A stretch of DNA of 64,000 nucleotides from an uncultured Dehalococcoidia bacterium (GTDB taxonomy: Bacteria; Chloroflexota; Dehalococcoidia; Lucifugimonadales; CAJWUJ01), in contig CAJWUJ010000006.1 in NCBI GenBank assembly GCA_913047625.1, forward strand, positions 695-64,694. Direction: 5' to 3'. Below are positions 55,111 through 64,000 of the stretch, one piece after another (position 1 is the first letter of the stretch; every line of letters begins with the position of its first letter). A program made the translations under genes and the position numbers. The notes under the pieces were generated by a model. The model saw only the letters and a list, made by a program, of their open reading frames with translations, had not been told where the DNA came from and did not search any database.

Positions 55111-55601
55111 CCTGCTTCAATCCTCTTAATAGGCTTCTCCAATGAACCTTTAATCTCATCTTTAAGGTCTACAACAGAATCAATATTGAGACAATGAACG
55201 AACAAACATCGAGACTGTTTAGCTATGTAAACAGTATATGTTCCAGGGGTAAGAGTTATCGAATTGGCAAACGCCACAATACTGATATCGTGCTCCAACT
55301 CACTCGGTATCGCTATCACTCCAGAACGGAGATGCATCCTATATTTTAAGATTTGTTTTAGTACAGCTAAATTAGCAAGGAAAATTTCCTTGAGCAATAA
55401 TACCAAAAATACCCAACTAAACAGACATTTTCTAGCACTGATTTTAGTCAGACTAGTCGGAAAAACTAATCGGCCTAAACAAAAATGCAGCAGACACAAA
55501 AGTACTCCGCCTACAACAATATTTTGTGGGCTTATTTGATTTTGATATAAACACCACAGGATGCCGCCAAAGACAAACATAAGGGCAGTAATTCGCATCA
55601 T
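55107..55601 (-). CDS. mrpE: Mrp/Mnh antiporter subunit E
   Basis: A 164-aa protein with two N-terminal TM helices, SITLTPGT in the soluble domain, and the expected operon position. Its start shares one nucleotide with the mrpD stop (TGATG). Confidence 0.75.
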   Translation of the reverse strand: MMRITALMFVFGGILWCLYQNQISPQNIVVGGVLLCLLHFCLGRLVFPTSLTKISARKCLFSWVFLVLLLKEIFLANLAVLKQILKYRMHLRSGVIAIPSELEHDISIVAFANSITLTPGTYTVYIAKQSRCLFVHCLNIDSVVDLKDEIKGSLEKPIKRIEAG

Positions 55602-57121
55602 CAGCCTGCACCACCAGTAAATGATAATTGAGACGCACTCAAACCAGCTTGCCTAACTGCATCAATGTACTGTAACGGATCCATCAATTGCTGTGCGGTC
55701 ACGTAAGCATAATCATATAACAAAGCAGGCCAAAGCCCCATGATCAAGGTCACAGCAACTAGTAATACAGTGGGAGGAAACAAAAGTTTTACCGGTAAGC
55801 CTTCCGCTACCTGTGGTGTACGCCAATAAGCATTTTGCCAAATCTTCATCATTGAATACAAAGTGAAAAAGCTAGTTGCCAGAGCTGTCGCAACTGCAAT
55901 CCAATCCAATAACCCACCTGATTCTAACCCCGCTTTAACCAGTAGTAGTTTCCCCCAGAAACCGCTAAACGGAGGAACACCCGCCAAAGCTAAAGCTGCA
56001 ACCAAAAACAAAAAAGCTGCAAATGGAGATTTTTTCAACAATCCTCCCATAGAATAAATATCAAGTGTTCTTGTTAAACGTTCAGCAATACCACTGCTTA
56101 AAAACAAGGATGCTTTCACAAGGATATTGTTCATCACATAAAAAACAGTCCCAGCGATGCCGGCTACCGAGTACAGTCCCACCCCCATAATCATATAACC
56201 AACCTGGCTACTAATGTGCCAAGTGAGAATTGTCCTATACTCATGTTGCGCCGCAGCACCTAAAACACCAAAGAACATAGTCAGACAGGCTACAATTAAT
56301 ATGATGTTATGAGTAAAAGAGACATCTTGAACAAAGATAAGGGTAAAAACACGAAGTATCCCGTACACTCCAATTTTTGTGAGCATACCTCCAAGATATG
56401 CGGACAAGCCAGCTGGCACTACGGTATAAGTACCTGGCATCCAAAACCACAAGCCAAAAACTGCTGCTTTTAAACCAAATACAATCAAGAAAACCAAAGA
56501 TAATAGAGTTATCACACTATTCGATCCAACTGCATCAACTTTCTGGGCAATATCTGCCATGTTTAATGTACCAACAACACCGTAAAGTAAACCTACTACC
56601 CCTACAAGTAATGTAGATCCAATCAAATTTATCGTCACATATTTAACAGTTGCCTCCAATTGACCAGCCGTTCCACCCAGTGCCACAAGTCCATAAGACG
56701 ATATCAACATGACTTCAAAGAAGACGAACAGGTTAAAAATGTCTCCTGTAAGGAAAATCCCATTAACTCCCACTAAAAGAAACTGGAAAAGTGAATGGAA
56801 GAACGATCTCTCACGCAAAGCATCAAGACTGGCTATAGAATATGTGAGTGAAGCTAGCGCCACCATCATGGCAATACAAAGCAAACCAGAGCTCCATAAA
56901 TCTGCCACAAGCGTAATACCAAAGGGAGGAAGCCAATCACCGTATTTGTATACAACTATCCCGTCCTGCCAAACATTAATGAAAAGTACGATGGTTAACA
57001 CCAGTACCCCGAAGACGGAAGCCGTATTCAAAACACGTTGAAGCCGTAGAGATGGGATGAATATTAATAAGACCCCTGTCAGCAATGGAATCAGGATAGG
57101 AAGGACTGCTAGTTGACTCAC
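55601..57121 (-). CDS. mrpD: Mrp/Mnh antiporter subunit D (NuoN/NuoM-like)
   Basis: A 506-aa polytopic protein with proton-pump-type antiporter helices (FFEVMLISSYGLV, GSTLLVGV, AYLGGMLTKIGVYGILR). Confidence 0.9.
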   Translation of the reverse strand: MSQLAVLPILIPLLTGVLLIFIPSLRLQRVLNTASVFGVLVLTIVLFINVWQDGIVVYKYGDWLPPFGITLVADLWSSGLLCIAMMVALASLTYSIASLDALRERSFFHSLFQFLLVGVNGIFLTGDIFNLFVFFEVMLISSYGLVALGGTAGQLEATVKYVTINLIGSTLLVGVVGLLYGVVGTLNMADIAQKVDAVGSNSVITLLSLVFLIVFGLKAAVFGLWFWMPGTYTVVPAGLSAYLGGMLTKIGVYGILRVFTLIFVQDVSFTHNIILIVACLTMFFGVLGAAAQHEYRTILTWHISSQVGYMIMGVGLYSVAGIAGTVFYVMNNILVKASLFLSSGIAERLTRTLDIYSMGGLLKKSPFAAFLFLVAALALAGVPPFSGFWGKLLLVKAGLESGGLLDWIAVATALATSFFTLYSMMKIWQNAYWRTPQVAEGLPVKLLFPPTVLLVAVTLIMGLWPALLYDYAYVTAQQLMDPLQYIDAVRQAGLSASQLSFTGGAG

Positions 57122-57495
57122 CCTTTTAGCCTCCTTAACACATCCAAATCATCGGTTCCGAATTTCCTTTGTGCTCTATAACCCACTACCAAAATAAATG
57201 CAGTTACACCAAAACTGATCACTATTGCAGTAAGAATCAAAGCCTGCACTAAGGGGTCTGCCATAGTTTCAATTTGGCTAATATTTGGCGCTTTTTCTAT
57301 TACAGGAATTGAAGAGATCCTGTCTTCCGAAAAGACTGATGGTTTCCTTAGTTCACCCATTGTGAACAATAGCAAATTTACTCCATGACTCATTAATCCC
57401 AAACCTATAATTAAGCGTAAAATACTCCTTTGCAAAACGAGGTAGGTCCCGCATGCAAAAAGCAAACCAATAGCAACAGGCATTAATAACGCCAC
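57118..57495 (-). CDS. mrpC: Mrp/Mnh antiporter subunit C (NuoK-like)
   Basis: A 125-aa three-helix protein with GLMSHGVNLLLF and LTAIVISFG motifs. Confidence 0.88.
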   Translation of the reverse strand: MALLMPVAIGLLFACGTYLVLQRSILRLIIGLGLMSHGVNLLLFTMGELRKPSVFSEDRISSIPVIEKAPNISQIETMADPLVQALILTAIVISFGVTAFILVVGYRAQRKFGTDDLDVLRRLKG

Positions 57496-57496
57496 T

Positions 57497-57919
57497 TTAG
57501 TCCTCTCCTTCTATTGATTGACCCAACGTATCAATAATAACTAAAAGCACTCCAAAAACGGTTATAAAAATCCCAAAATCAAAAATAGCAGCCGAAGCCA
57601 GCTCAACATGTCCAAAGAAAAAGATATTGAATTCACGAAAATCACTTGTAAGGAAAGGTAATCCGTAGAAAAAAGCCGCTATACCCGTAATAATTGCAAC
57701 CAGTAATCCGATCGCCACAACATGATAGCCTTTTACACCAAAACACTTTTTTGCAAATTCTCGAGAGATCCCAATATACAAAACAGCCATAATGAGACCA
57801 AGTATTACCCCGGCAATAAACCCACCTCCAATTTGCTGATGTCCTCTAGCAAGAAGATACATGGTGTATAGTAAAAAGATGGGGAATATTGCCCTGGAAA
57901 CCACTCTTAGTATTAACAT
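57497..57919 (-). CDS. mrpB: Mrp/Mnh antiporter subunit B
   Basis: A 140-aa four-helix protein with LARGHQQIGGGFIAG, typical of MnhB. Confidence 0.85.
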   Translation of the reverse strand: MLILRVVSRAIFPIFLLYTMYLLARGHQQIGGGFIAGVILGLIMAVLYIGISREFAKKCFGVKGYHVVAIGLLVAIITGIAAFFYGLPFLTSDFREFNIFFFGHVELASAAIFDFGIFITVFGVLLVIIDTLGQSIEGED

Positions 57920-60264
57920 ATTTCATCCTCTTTCTTGGACAATTTATGAACGCTAAATAGGGCAATAGCTGCTACTGCAACTACTGTTATTTCACCCAAT
58001 GTATCGAATCCTCTGAAGTCCACTATAATTACGTTAACTACATTATGTCCCCCTGCTTGAGCAATTGACTCCATTAAGAAGTAAGGAGATATAGAAGGAA
58101 ACAGTGCACTAAATGTGACTATCCACATCAGCAGAGTTACAACACCCCCCACACATGCGGAGAGTACTATATCCCTCATCTTCTTACTCAAAGCAAACGA
58201 TACTTTAGAAAAAGGCAGCCCATGCACAAATACAAGTACGAACAATACCAGGGACATCGCTTCAATAAGAAGCTGAGTTAATGCTAAATCTGGGGCACTG
58301 TAAATGATCCAGACACCTGTTACTAAACCACCGACCACTCCGAATGCGATTACTGCCGAAAGACGATCCCTAGCGCAAGCGGTAACCACAGTCGCTAGAC
58401 ATAGGAGAAGCACCAATCCAATTTCATATGGTTCCATCTCATACGACTGATCAAACGTTAACACCTGCCATAATTCCTTCGCGATCACAGTGTAACCAAC
58501 CAATCCTATCAGGACGATACTTACTCCCATCACATAATGACGAAGGTAGCCAGATTGAACTACAAGGTAAACTTTGGATAATCCATGGATCATTATTGGA
58601 TAGTAAATACGATCGTAAATTATATCCGAGACAGTAGCTGGTGCTTCACGGATTACACGGAGCCGATAGCGTAATGTACCGTAAATCAAAAATCCTGTGG
58701 TCAGTATACACACACTAAGAATCAAAGGAAGTGTCACTCCATGCCACAGTGACACTTTTTCCGCAACATAATGAATACTCTCGTACTGGTTAGGGACAAG
58801 CATCAGACTAGCAGGTTCAATTAACCCACGAACAAATGGTTGCGAATATATTCCAACTATAACGACAAATACGGTGGGGACTGCTACGAACGCAATCATA
58901 CCAAACGGAATTTTATGCAAAGGTCCCAAAGACTCTGGTTTAGGACCAAGGAAAATCCCATGGAAAATGCGCATTGAATAAACAACGGTTAATACTGAAC
59001 CACCAACTGCAAAAATAATTACAAAATAATTGAATACGCCACTGCCAGACTCAAGATCTGTCGCTGCATGTAGAAATAGTTCTTTACTAAGAAAACCGTT
59101 GAACGGAGGTAGTCCAGCCATGGAGAGAGCAGCGCATCCAGTAAGCAAAGCAAGTACTGGTGCTGCTCTAGCCAAGCCACCTAATTTATTCATAACCCTT
59201 GTACCAGTTAAATGATCTATCACACCAGCCAACAAAAATAAGGCACCTTTAAAGAGTGAGTGATTGAACACATGGAACACAGCAGCGAATAGAGCAAGGG
59301 GAGTACTCATACCAATTAAAGCAACGATTAATCCAAGCTGACTAACAGTAGAATAAGCGAGTAATTTCTTTATATCGAATTGCCTAACCCCATGATACGC
59401 TCCATAACACATAGTAATAATTCCAACCGTTGTGACTAAGTAAATCCATAAGGAAGTGCCTCCAAGAACCGGGAACATTCTAAGCATAAGAAAAATACCT
59501 GCTTTTACCATTGCAGCAGAGTGCAGATACGCACTCACTGGTGTTGGAGCTACCATTGCAGTAGGTAGCCAGTTCTGAAATGGGAATTGGGCAGACTTTG
59601 TAAATGCTCCCAATAAGATAAGAACTGTAATTACCCAATAATAGGAATGCTCCTTGATATCAGAGGCATGTTCTAACAAATCGGAGAATTCAAATGTGCC
59701 CGTAACCACGTATAAAAGAACGAAGCCTCCCAACATAGCTAAACCACCAAATACCGTAATATATAGGGCCTTGGAGGCACAGTATCTACTCTCATTTTCC
59801 GTATCCCAGTAACCAACCAACATAAAACTAGTAAAGGTTGTCGCTTCCCAGAAAAGAAAAAGTAAGATGAGATTATCCGAAAGAACAATGCCAAGCATAG
59901 ATGCCATGAACAAGAGCATCAATACGTGAAATCTCCCTAAATTTTCATCTGACGACAGATAGTAATTGGAGTACCCGAGTACCACTGTTCCCACACATGC
60001 AATTAATAGACAAAAGATTAAACCTAAGCCATCTACATAGAGTGATACATTGATATTCAGTTCCGGAAGCCACGCCCAGGACATCTGGGAGACTGCGCCA
60101 TGAATAGTATCTAAATTGGCTAGCTGTAGAATAACAATGAGGGAAGCAAGTGCAGCAACAGCAGTCGACCACCAGCCTACCCATCTACCAAAGTATCGAT
60201 AAACAGGTGCTACGGTACACGCTCCTAATACCGGCACTAAAATAGCTAGCAAAGGGTATGACAC
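57913..60264 (-). CDS. mrpA: Mrp/Mnh antiporter subunit A (NuoL-like, with fused MrpB-like C-terminal domain)
   Basis: A 783-aa protein with FWEATTFTSFMLVGYW, SAQFPFQNWLPTAMVAPTPVSAYLHSAAMVKAG and HVFNHSLFKGALFLLAG. GTG start with AGGAG 7 nt upstream. Confidence 0.92.
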   Translation of the reverse strand: MSYPLLAILVPVLGACTVAPVYRYFGRWVGWWSTAVAALASLIVILQLANLDTIHGAVSQMSWAWLPELNINVSLYVDGLGLIFCLLIACVGTVVLGYSNYYLSSDENLGRFHVLMLLFMASMLGIVLSDNLILLFLFWEATTFTSFMLVGYWDTENESRYCASKALYITVFGGLAMLGGFVLLYVVTGTFEFSDLLEHASDIKEHSYYWVITVLILLGAFTKSAQFPFQNWLPTAMVAPTPVSAYLHSAAMVKAGIFLMLRMFPVLGGTSLWIYLVTTVGIITMCYGAYHGVRQFDIKKLLAYSTVSQLGLIVALIGMSTPLALFAAVFHVFNHSLFKGALFLLAGVIDHLTGTRVMNKLGGLARAAPVLALLTGCAALSMAGLPPFNGFLSKELFLHAATDLESGSGVFNYFVIIFAVGGSVLTVVYSMRIFHGIFLGPKPESLGPLHKIPFGMIAFVAVPTVFVVIVGIYSQPFVRGLIEPASLMLVPNQYESIHYVAEKVSLWHGVTLPLILSVCILTTGFLIYGTLRYRLRVIREAPATVSDIIYDRIYYPIMIHGLSKVYLVVQSGYLRHYVMGVSIVLIGLVGYTVIAKELWQVLTFDQSYEMEPYEIGLVLLLCLATVVTACARDRLSAVIAFGVVGGLVTGVWIIYSAPDLALTQLLIEAMSLVLFVLVFVHGLPFSKVSFALSKKMRDIVLSACVGGVVTLLMWIVTFSALFPSISPYFLMESIAQAGGHNVVNVIIVDFRGFDTLGEITVVAVAAIALFSVHKLSKKEDEIC

Positions 60265-60399
60265 TTCTCATCTCCTACTCTTAAATCTAGTCCATTAACG
60301 AATTGGTTTATTGCTAATACGCTACCTTGTCTACTGCAATATGGCAAGATTAGGCATATACTCTATACAAACCTTGCTTATATTTCTACATCAGACACA

Positions 60400-61095
60400 A
60401 TGATCAAAGTCGTTTTTTTTGATATATACGGAACTCTAGTGAGATTTGATCCTCCTGTGGAAGTCTTACAGCAACAAGCATGTAAGGCACTGGGGCTACA
60501 TGTAACCACGGAAAGCATTAGAAAAGGCTATCAACTGGCAGACGCGTTCATGGCCAAACAAAATGCCAATTTACCTTTGACTAATTTATCTGCCTCAAAG
60601 AAAGCTGAGTTTTTTATCGAATACCAAAAGTTGATCTTACAAGGTGCAGGGGTCTCTGTTAGCAATGATGTAACATCAAAAATCTGGGAATTAGCGTCTA
60701 ATACACCTAAGCAGCTGACTTTATATGAAGACGTTTTACCAACCTTTGAAAAACTCAGAGGATTAGGAATACAACTTGGGACGATCTCAAATATTAGTAC
60801 AAACCTTAATCAAACCCTTGAAAAAACCAACTTAAAGAGCCAAATAGACTACTGGTTAATTAGCAGTGAAACTGGTATGACCAAACCTGATCCACGTATT
60901 TTTGAACTGGCTTTACAGAGAGCAAATATTAAACCCCATCAAGCAATACACGTAGGGGATCAATACTTGTCAGATGTCATGGGAGCAGTTAGAGTGGGCA
61001 TCAGACCTGTCTTATTGGATAGACATGACCTCTTGCCTAAACCGTCAGAATGCTCCAAAATACTCTCTATCAAGGAATTAATAGATCTTCTGTAA
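60400..61095 (+). CDS. HAD-superfamily hydrolase (motif I DxYGT)
   Basis: VVFFDIYGTLV (motif I), ISNIS (motif II), KPDPRIF (motif III Lys), VGDQYLSDVMGA (motif IV). Confidence 0.8.
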   Translation: MIKVVFFDIYGTLVRFDPPVEVLQQQACKALGLHVTTESIRKGYQLADAFMAKQNANLPLTNLSASKKAEFFIEYQKLILQGAGVSVSNDVTSKIWELASNTPKQLTLYEDVLPTFEKLRGLGIQLGTISNISTNLNQTLEKTNLKSQIDYWLISSETGMTKPDPRIFELALQRANIKPHQAIHVGDQYLSDVMGAVRVGIRPVLLDRHDLLPKPSECSKILSIKELIDLL

Positions 61096-61112
61096 CTCTA
61101 AATTTTATAGAT

Positions 61113-61364
61113 ATGGCTTATCAAATTTACTTTTCTAATCCAAATGAATTTCTTCGTAACCTAATAATAGCTATTCTCCGTATCAAAAAACACTCTAAAA
61201 CTATTACAGAGAATGAAACACAACTACTTGTAGCTAGTGGAATAGATGAATTATCCGAATCGAACAATGCTGGCGAAGAATTAAATTCCAAACCGAGCCG
61301 AAAGACTCCGACAAAAAACAGGAAAACTGATACAGAAGGCTCAATCGCCCCTGAATCTGAATGA
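61113..61364 (+). CDS. Hypothetical 83-aa protein (weak call)
   Basis: Open frame from ATG 61113 only. No recognisable motif and no clear SD. The C-terminal half is hydrophilic and low-complexity. The ORF-track start at 61050 would overlap the HAD gene by 46 nt. Confidence 0.3.
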   Translation: MAYQIYFSNPNEFLRNLIIAILRIKKHSKTITENETQLLVASGIDELSESNNAGEELNSKPSRKTPTKNRKTDTEGSIAPESE

Positions 61365-61370
61365 TTCGTT

Positions 61371-61398
61371 GGAAAGATACCAATTCTGATATCTTTCC
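61371..61398. terminator. Hairpin between convergent genes (possible bidirectional terminator)
   Basis: GGAAAGATA (61371-61379) pairs perfectly with TATCTTTCC (61390-61398) around a 10-nt loop. The stem is AT-rich and neither strand has a U-tract, so it is weak. Confidence 0.25.
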
Positions 61399-61436
61399 AT
61401 GATCGGTCACAACTTACTCAAATATCCAGAGAACAA

Positions 61437-64000
61437 CTAATTCAGATCCCCTATCATCATGGCTATTTTCTTGTTGAAAGACTTGACCTCGCCAACCACT
61501 TTTAGCAATACTTGATCCCATTCATCCCCAAGGCGCTTGAGACTCAGGTAAATTCTCCTATCTCCAATTTCCACATCTAGCGCCAGTATTTTCTTCAATG
61601 CTTCCCGGCCTCCTCCTAAACTTTCCACCAATTCAATAACAATAGATTCTCCTCTTCTAACAAGACTCACAATACCACTATTGCTACACTCAACCTTCAA
61701 TCTCATCGTATACAAAAGACCTTCCACCTCGGGTGTTAACCGACCAAAACGATCTACTAATTCAGATTCCAAACTATCGATTTGCTGACGATCTGTAATC
61801 AAGCAAATTCTGTTGTAAAGCTCCAACCGAGTGCTCAAATCCGAAATGTAAGCGCTAGGAATAAAGGCGCTCATTCCTAGCGCTATCCGTATCCTGTCAT
61901 CAGGAGCAGCCTCTTCTAGATTTACATCAGGCGTTTCCTTTAATTTCTTAACTTCATCAGCAATAAGCCTAGTATATAAATCAAACCCAATAGCATGTAC
62001 ATGCCCACTCTGTTCTGCTCCAAGAATATTTCCAGCTCCTCGTATTTCTAGATCTCTCATCGCTACAAAGAATCCCGATCCAAGATCGGATGCATCCAAT
62101 ATAGTCTGCAACCTCCTGCGGCTATTCGTTGTTATACTACTCGCGTGAGGTAGCATAAAATAAGCATACCCCCTTGTTACACCGCGCCCAACTCTTCCTC
62201 TTAACTGGTAAAGTTGCCCGAGACCCAGCCGATCAGCGTTATCCACTATGAGTGTATTCGCATTATCAACATGTAAACCAGATTCTATAATCGTTGTACA
62301 CAGAAGAACATCAATTTCCCCCTTCCTGAAAATATCGACAACTCGCGAGAGTTCAGTCTCATCCAATCTTCCGTGAGCTATTCCTATCCTACAGTCTGGC
62401 AAAAGGTCGTCCAAAAATTGGTACACTTTTCCGATGTCAGCCACTCGGTTATGCAAGTAAAAAACCTGGCCTCCCCTATTTATTTCCTTCATGATAGCTT
62501 CCTTTACTAGGGACTCAGCAAATTCCACAACATAAGTTTTAACCGATAATCTGTCCTCCGGAGGGGTTTCCATCTTTGATATATCCCGAATACCTGCTAG
62601 GGAAATATAGAGAGTCCTGGGTATAGGAGTAGCCGTCATTGTTAAAACATCAACCTTACTTCGCATTTTTTTAAACCGATCCTTGTGTGCTACACCAAAT
62701 CTCTGTTCCTCATCTATAATTACCAAACCAAGATCTTTAAAAGTAACATCATTCTGTAATAAGCGATGAGTGCCTATAACAATATCTACAGATCCGTACT
62801 CTAAACCCTTTAGTAATGTCTTCTGTTCTTCCTTGGAACGAAGTCTACTTAAAACATCGATGTTGACGGGAAATGGCATGAGCCTATCAGAAAATGTTTG
62901 CTGATGCTGTTCCGCTAATACTGTAGTTGGCACCAAAATCGCTACCTGTTTGCCATCAACAACAGCCTTAAATGCAGCTCGCAAGGCTACTTCTGTTTTA
63001 CCGTAACCTACGTCACCGCAAATCAATCGATCCATGGGTTTGGAACTTTCCATATCTTTCTTGACCGCATCGATTGCATCGAGTTGATCAGTCGTCTCCA
63101 AATACGGGAACCCATCTTCCAATTGGCCTTGCCACGGCCCATCGGCTGTAAAAGCATGTCCAGTTACGGTGTCTCGCTTACTGTATATAGCCAAAAGTTC
63201 CTGTGCCAAATTCTGTGCAGACTCCTTGGCTCTGGCTTTGGTTTTCTCCCATTCTCCAGACCCCAATCTAGCAAGACGAGGGACAGTACCATCTCGAGAG
63301 GAATAGTAGGTGATTCTATCAACCTGATCCACAGGAACGTATACTTTGTCGGAATTAGCGTATTCCAGAATTATATACTCTGCACGTTTATCATCCGAGG
63401 TATCAATGAACTTCGTACCGAAGAAACGACCAATACCATGTTCGATATGAACCACAAAACAACCTGCAATTAACTCACTAACCTTTACTCTTCTGGCTTT
63501 CCCTTTAATTTCTCGTCCTTTCTTAAGAAACTTGCTGGCACCAAATATCTCTGTATCCGTCAGTACTGTGATAAAACAGTTATCACCTGAATATTTCCAT
63601 CCCTGAGCCATTGGAATAGGAGAAATAGAAACTCTATCTTCGTAAGCAGTGCCCAATACGTCTTCAACAAAACCAGAAACAATATCATTATCGCCAAGAA
63701 TTTGTTGGACTCTTTTTGGATAAGCTGTGGAAATAAAAATGGTATGATCAGGAGTGTTTCCACCTGACACTTGGCTAAGCCAATCACCCCCTTCGTACTT
63801 AGACGTTACAGGCGTGGAAGTAAACGGTAGCAGATTAGAAATCGTATTAACTAAGGGGTCTCTTAAATTAATCTCAAAAAGAAACTTCTTCGAAGAAATG
63901 TTGAGTGCATGCCAACTAACATAGGGAGTGGGAAAGTGCTTAGCCCAGTCACTGCCATCTTCGTTACGATTTTTATACGATCGATATCGTTCACCAATAT
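61437..64000 (-). CDS. mfd: Transcription-repair coupling factor (5'-truncated by window edge)
   Basis: RNAP-interaction/CarD-like domain (VVHIEHGIGRF), superfamily 2 helicase motifs (GDVGYGKTEVALRAAF, IIDEEQRFGV, TATPIPRT, QLYQLRGRVGR) and a C-terminal TRG/D7 region. I translated the frame beyond the GTG at 63770 by hand, and it stays open to nt 64000, so the N-terminus lies outside the window. Confidence 0.93.
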   Translation of the reverse strand, partial: IGERYRSYKNRNEDGSDWAKHFPTPYVSWHALNISSKKFLFEINLRDPLVNTISNLLPFTSTPVTSKYEGGDWLSQVSGGNTPDHTIFISTAYPKRVQQILGDNDIVSGFVEDVLGTAYEDRVSISPIPMAQGWKYSGDNCFITVLTDTEIFGASKFLKKGREIKGKARRVKVSELIAGCFVVHIEHGIGRFFGTKFIDTSDDKRAEYIILEYANSDKVYVPVDQVDRITYYSSRDGTVPRLARLGSGEWEKTKARAKESAQNLAQELLAIYSKRDTVTGHAFTADGPWQGQLEDGFPYLETTDQLDAIDAVKKDMESSKPMDRLICGDVGYGKTEVALRAAFKAVVDGKQVAILVPTTVLAEQHQQTFSDRLMPFPVNIDVLSRLRSKEEQKTLLKGLEYGSVDIVIGTHRLLQNDVTFKDLGLVIIDEEQRFGVAHKDRFKKMRSKVDVLTMTATPIPRTLYISLAGIRDISKMETPPEDRLSVKTYVVEFAESLVKEAIMKEINRGGQVFYLHNRVADIGKVYQFLDDLLPDCRIGIAHGRLDETELSRVVDIFRKGEIDVLLCTTIIESGLHVDNANTLIVDNADRLGLGQLYQLRGRVGRGVTRGYAYFMLPHASSITTNSRRRLQTILDASDLGSGFFVAMRDLEIRGAGNILGAEQSGHVHAIGFDLYTRLIADEVKKLKETPDVNLEEAAPDDRIRIALGMSAFIPSAYISDLSTRLELYNRICLITDRQQIDSLESELVDRFGRLTPEVEGLLYTMRLKVECSNSGIVSLVRRGESIVIELVESLGGGREALKKILALDVEIGDRRIYLSLKRLGDEWDQVLLKVVGEVKSFNKKIAMMIGDLN

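Noticed and set aside
60413-60420. A T8 homopolymer at the 5' end of the HAD gene, considered as a phase-variation tract.
   Set aside because: Eight T residues encoding Phe-Phe in a ~40% GC genome is within chance expectation, and nothing else suggests contingency-locus behaviour.
61050-61112. The upstream ATG (61050) for the small hypothetical ORF given in the ORF track.
   Set aside because: It would overlap the 3' end of the HAD gene by 46 nt in another frame and adds 21 residues with no features. The internal ATG 61113 lies just past the HAD stop. The whole ORF remains a weak call.
1-64000. A search for tRNA, rRNA, CRISPR repeats, IS elements/transposases, integrases, prophage genes, toxin-antitoxin pairs or classic defence-system genes.
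   Set aside because: I scanned all intergenic gaps over 100 nt (1185-1353, 2900-3142, 10342-10621, 30999-31340, 31518-31691, 41591-41762, 44033-44190, 51557-51671, 53028-53151, 54400-54503, 60265-60399). None showed a tRNA T-arm/acceptor pattern, a regularly spaced direct repeat or terminal inverted repeats. No ORF showed recombinase, nuclease-helicase or reverse-transcriptase motifs. A by-eye scan cannot exclude small ncRNAs.

Overview
This is a gene-dense (roughly 90% coding), low-GC (about 40% by eye) bacterial chromosomal segment. I support 65 protein-coding genes. I found no rRNA, tRNA, CRISPR array, transposase, integrase or phage gene. All calls come from reading motifs in the supplied translations and the raw DNA; no database search was run.

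Core content: the 3' end of aspartokinase, gyrA, rplU-rpmA-rpmE, hisF/hisIE, ileS, rph, ilvE, thrC-hom, rpsF-ssb-rpsR, glyA, and the 3' two-thirds of mfd, which runs off the right edge.

Larger modules:
1. 18.3-31.0 kb: a ~12.7 kb minus-strand gene string. It encodes an Alternative Complex III (ACIII)-like quinol:cytochrome c oxidoreductase: pentahaem ActA, split ActB1/ActB2, two tandem NrfD-type paralogues, ActD and monohaem ActE. It runs directly into System I cytochrome c maturation genes (ccmH, ccmF, a TlpA/CcmG-like thioredoxin). Three uncharacterised membrane proteins are embedded in it.
2. modABC with a divergent PucR-type HTH gene followed by a Mop (molbindin) gene.
3. A complete mrpABCDEFG cation/proton antiporter operon.
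4. A MacB-type ABC ATPase with an 1180-aa double-FtsX permease, next to an alpha/beta-hydrolase, amidohydrolase and MFS trio.
5. A cluster of an MshA-like GT4, DUF502, an MshD-like tandem GNAT and a CelD-like GNAT.

Best candidates for something undescribed:
- the ACIII-Ccm supra-operon with its unassigned subunits and non-canonical order;
- the MshA/MshD-like pair outside an obvious actinobacterial context;
- the split HTH+Mop putative molybdate regulator;
- a glutamine-amidotransferase-fold protein that has lost all three catalytic-triad residues;
- an orphan twin-arginine signal mini-ORF.

Taxon cannot be determined from this window. The combination of ACIII, Mrp and extended ribosomal-protein tails is compatible with a marine Chloroflexota-like organism, but that is only a guess.
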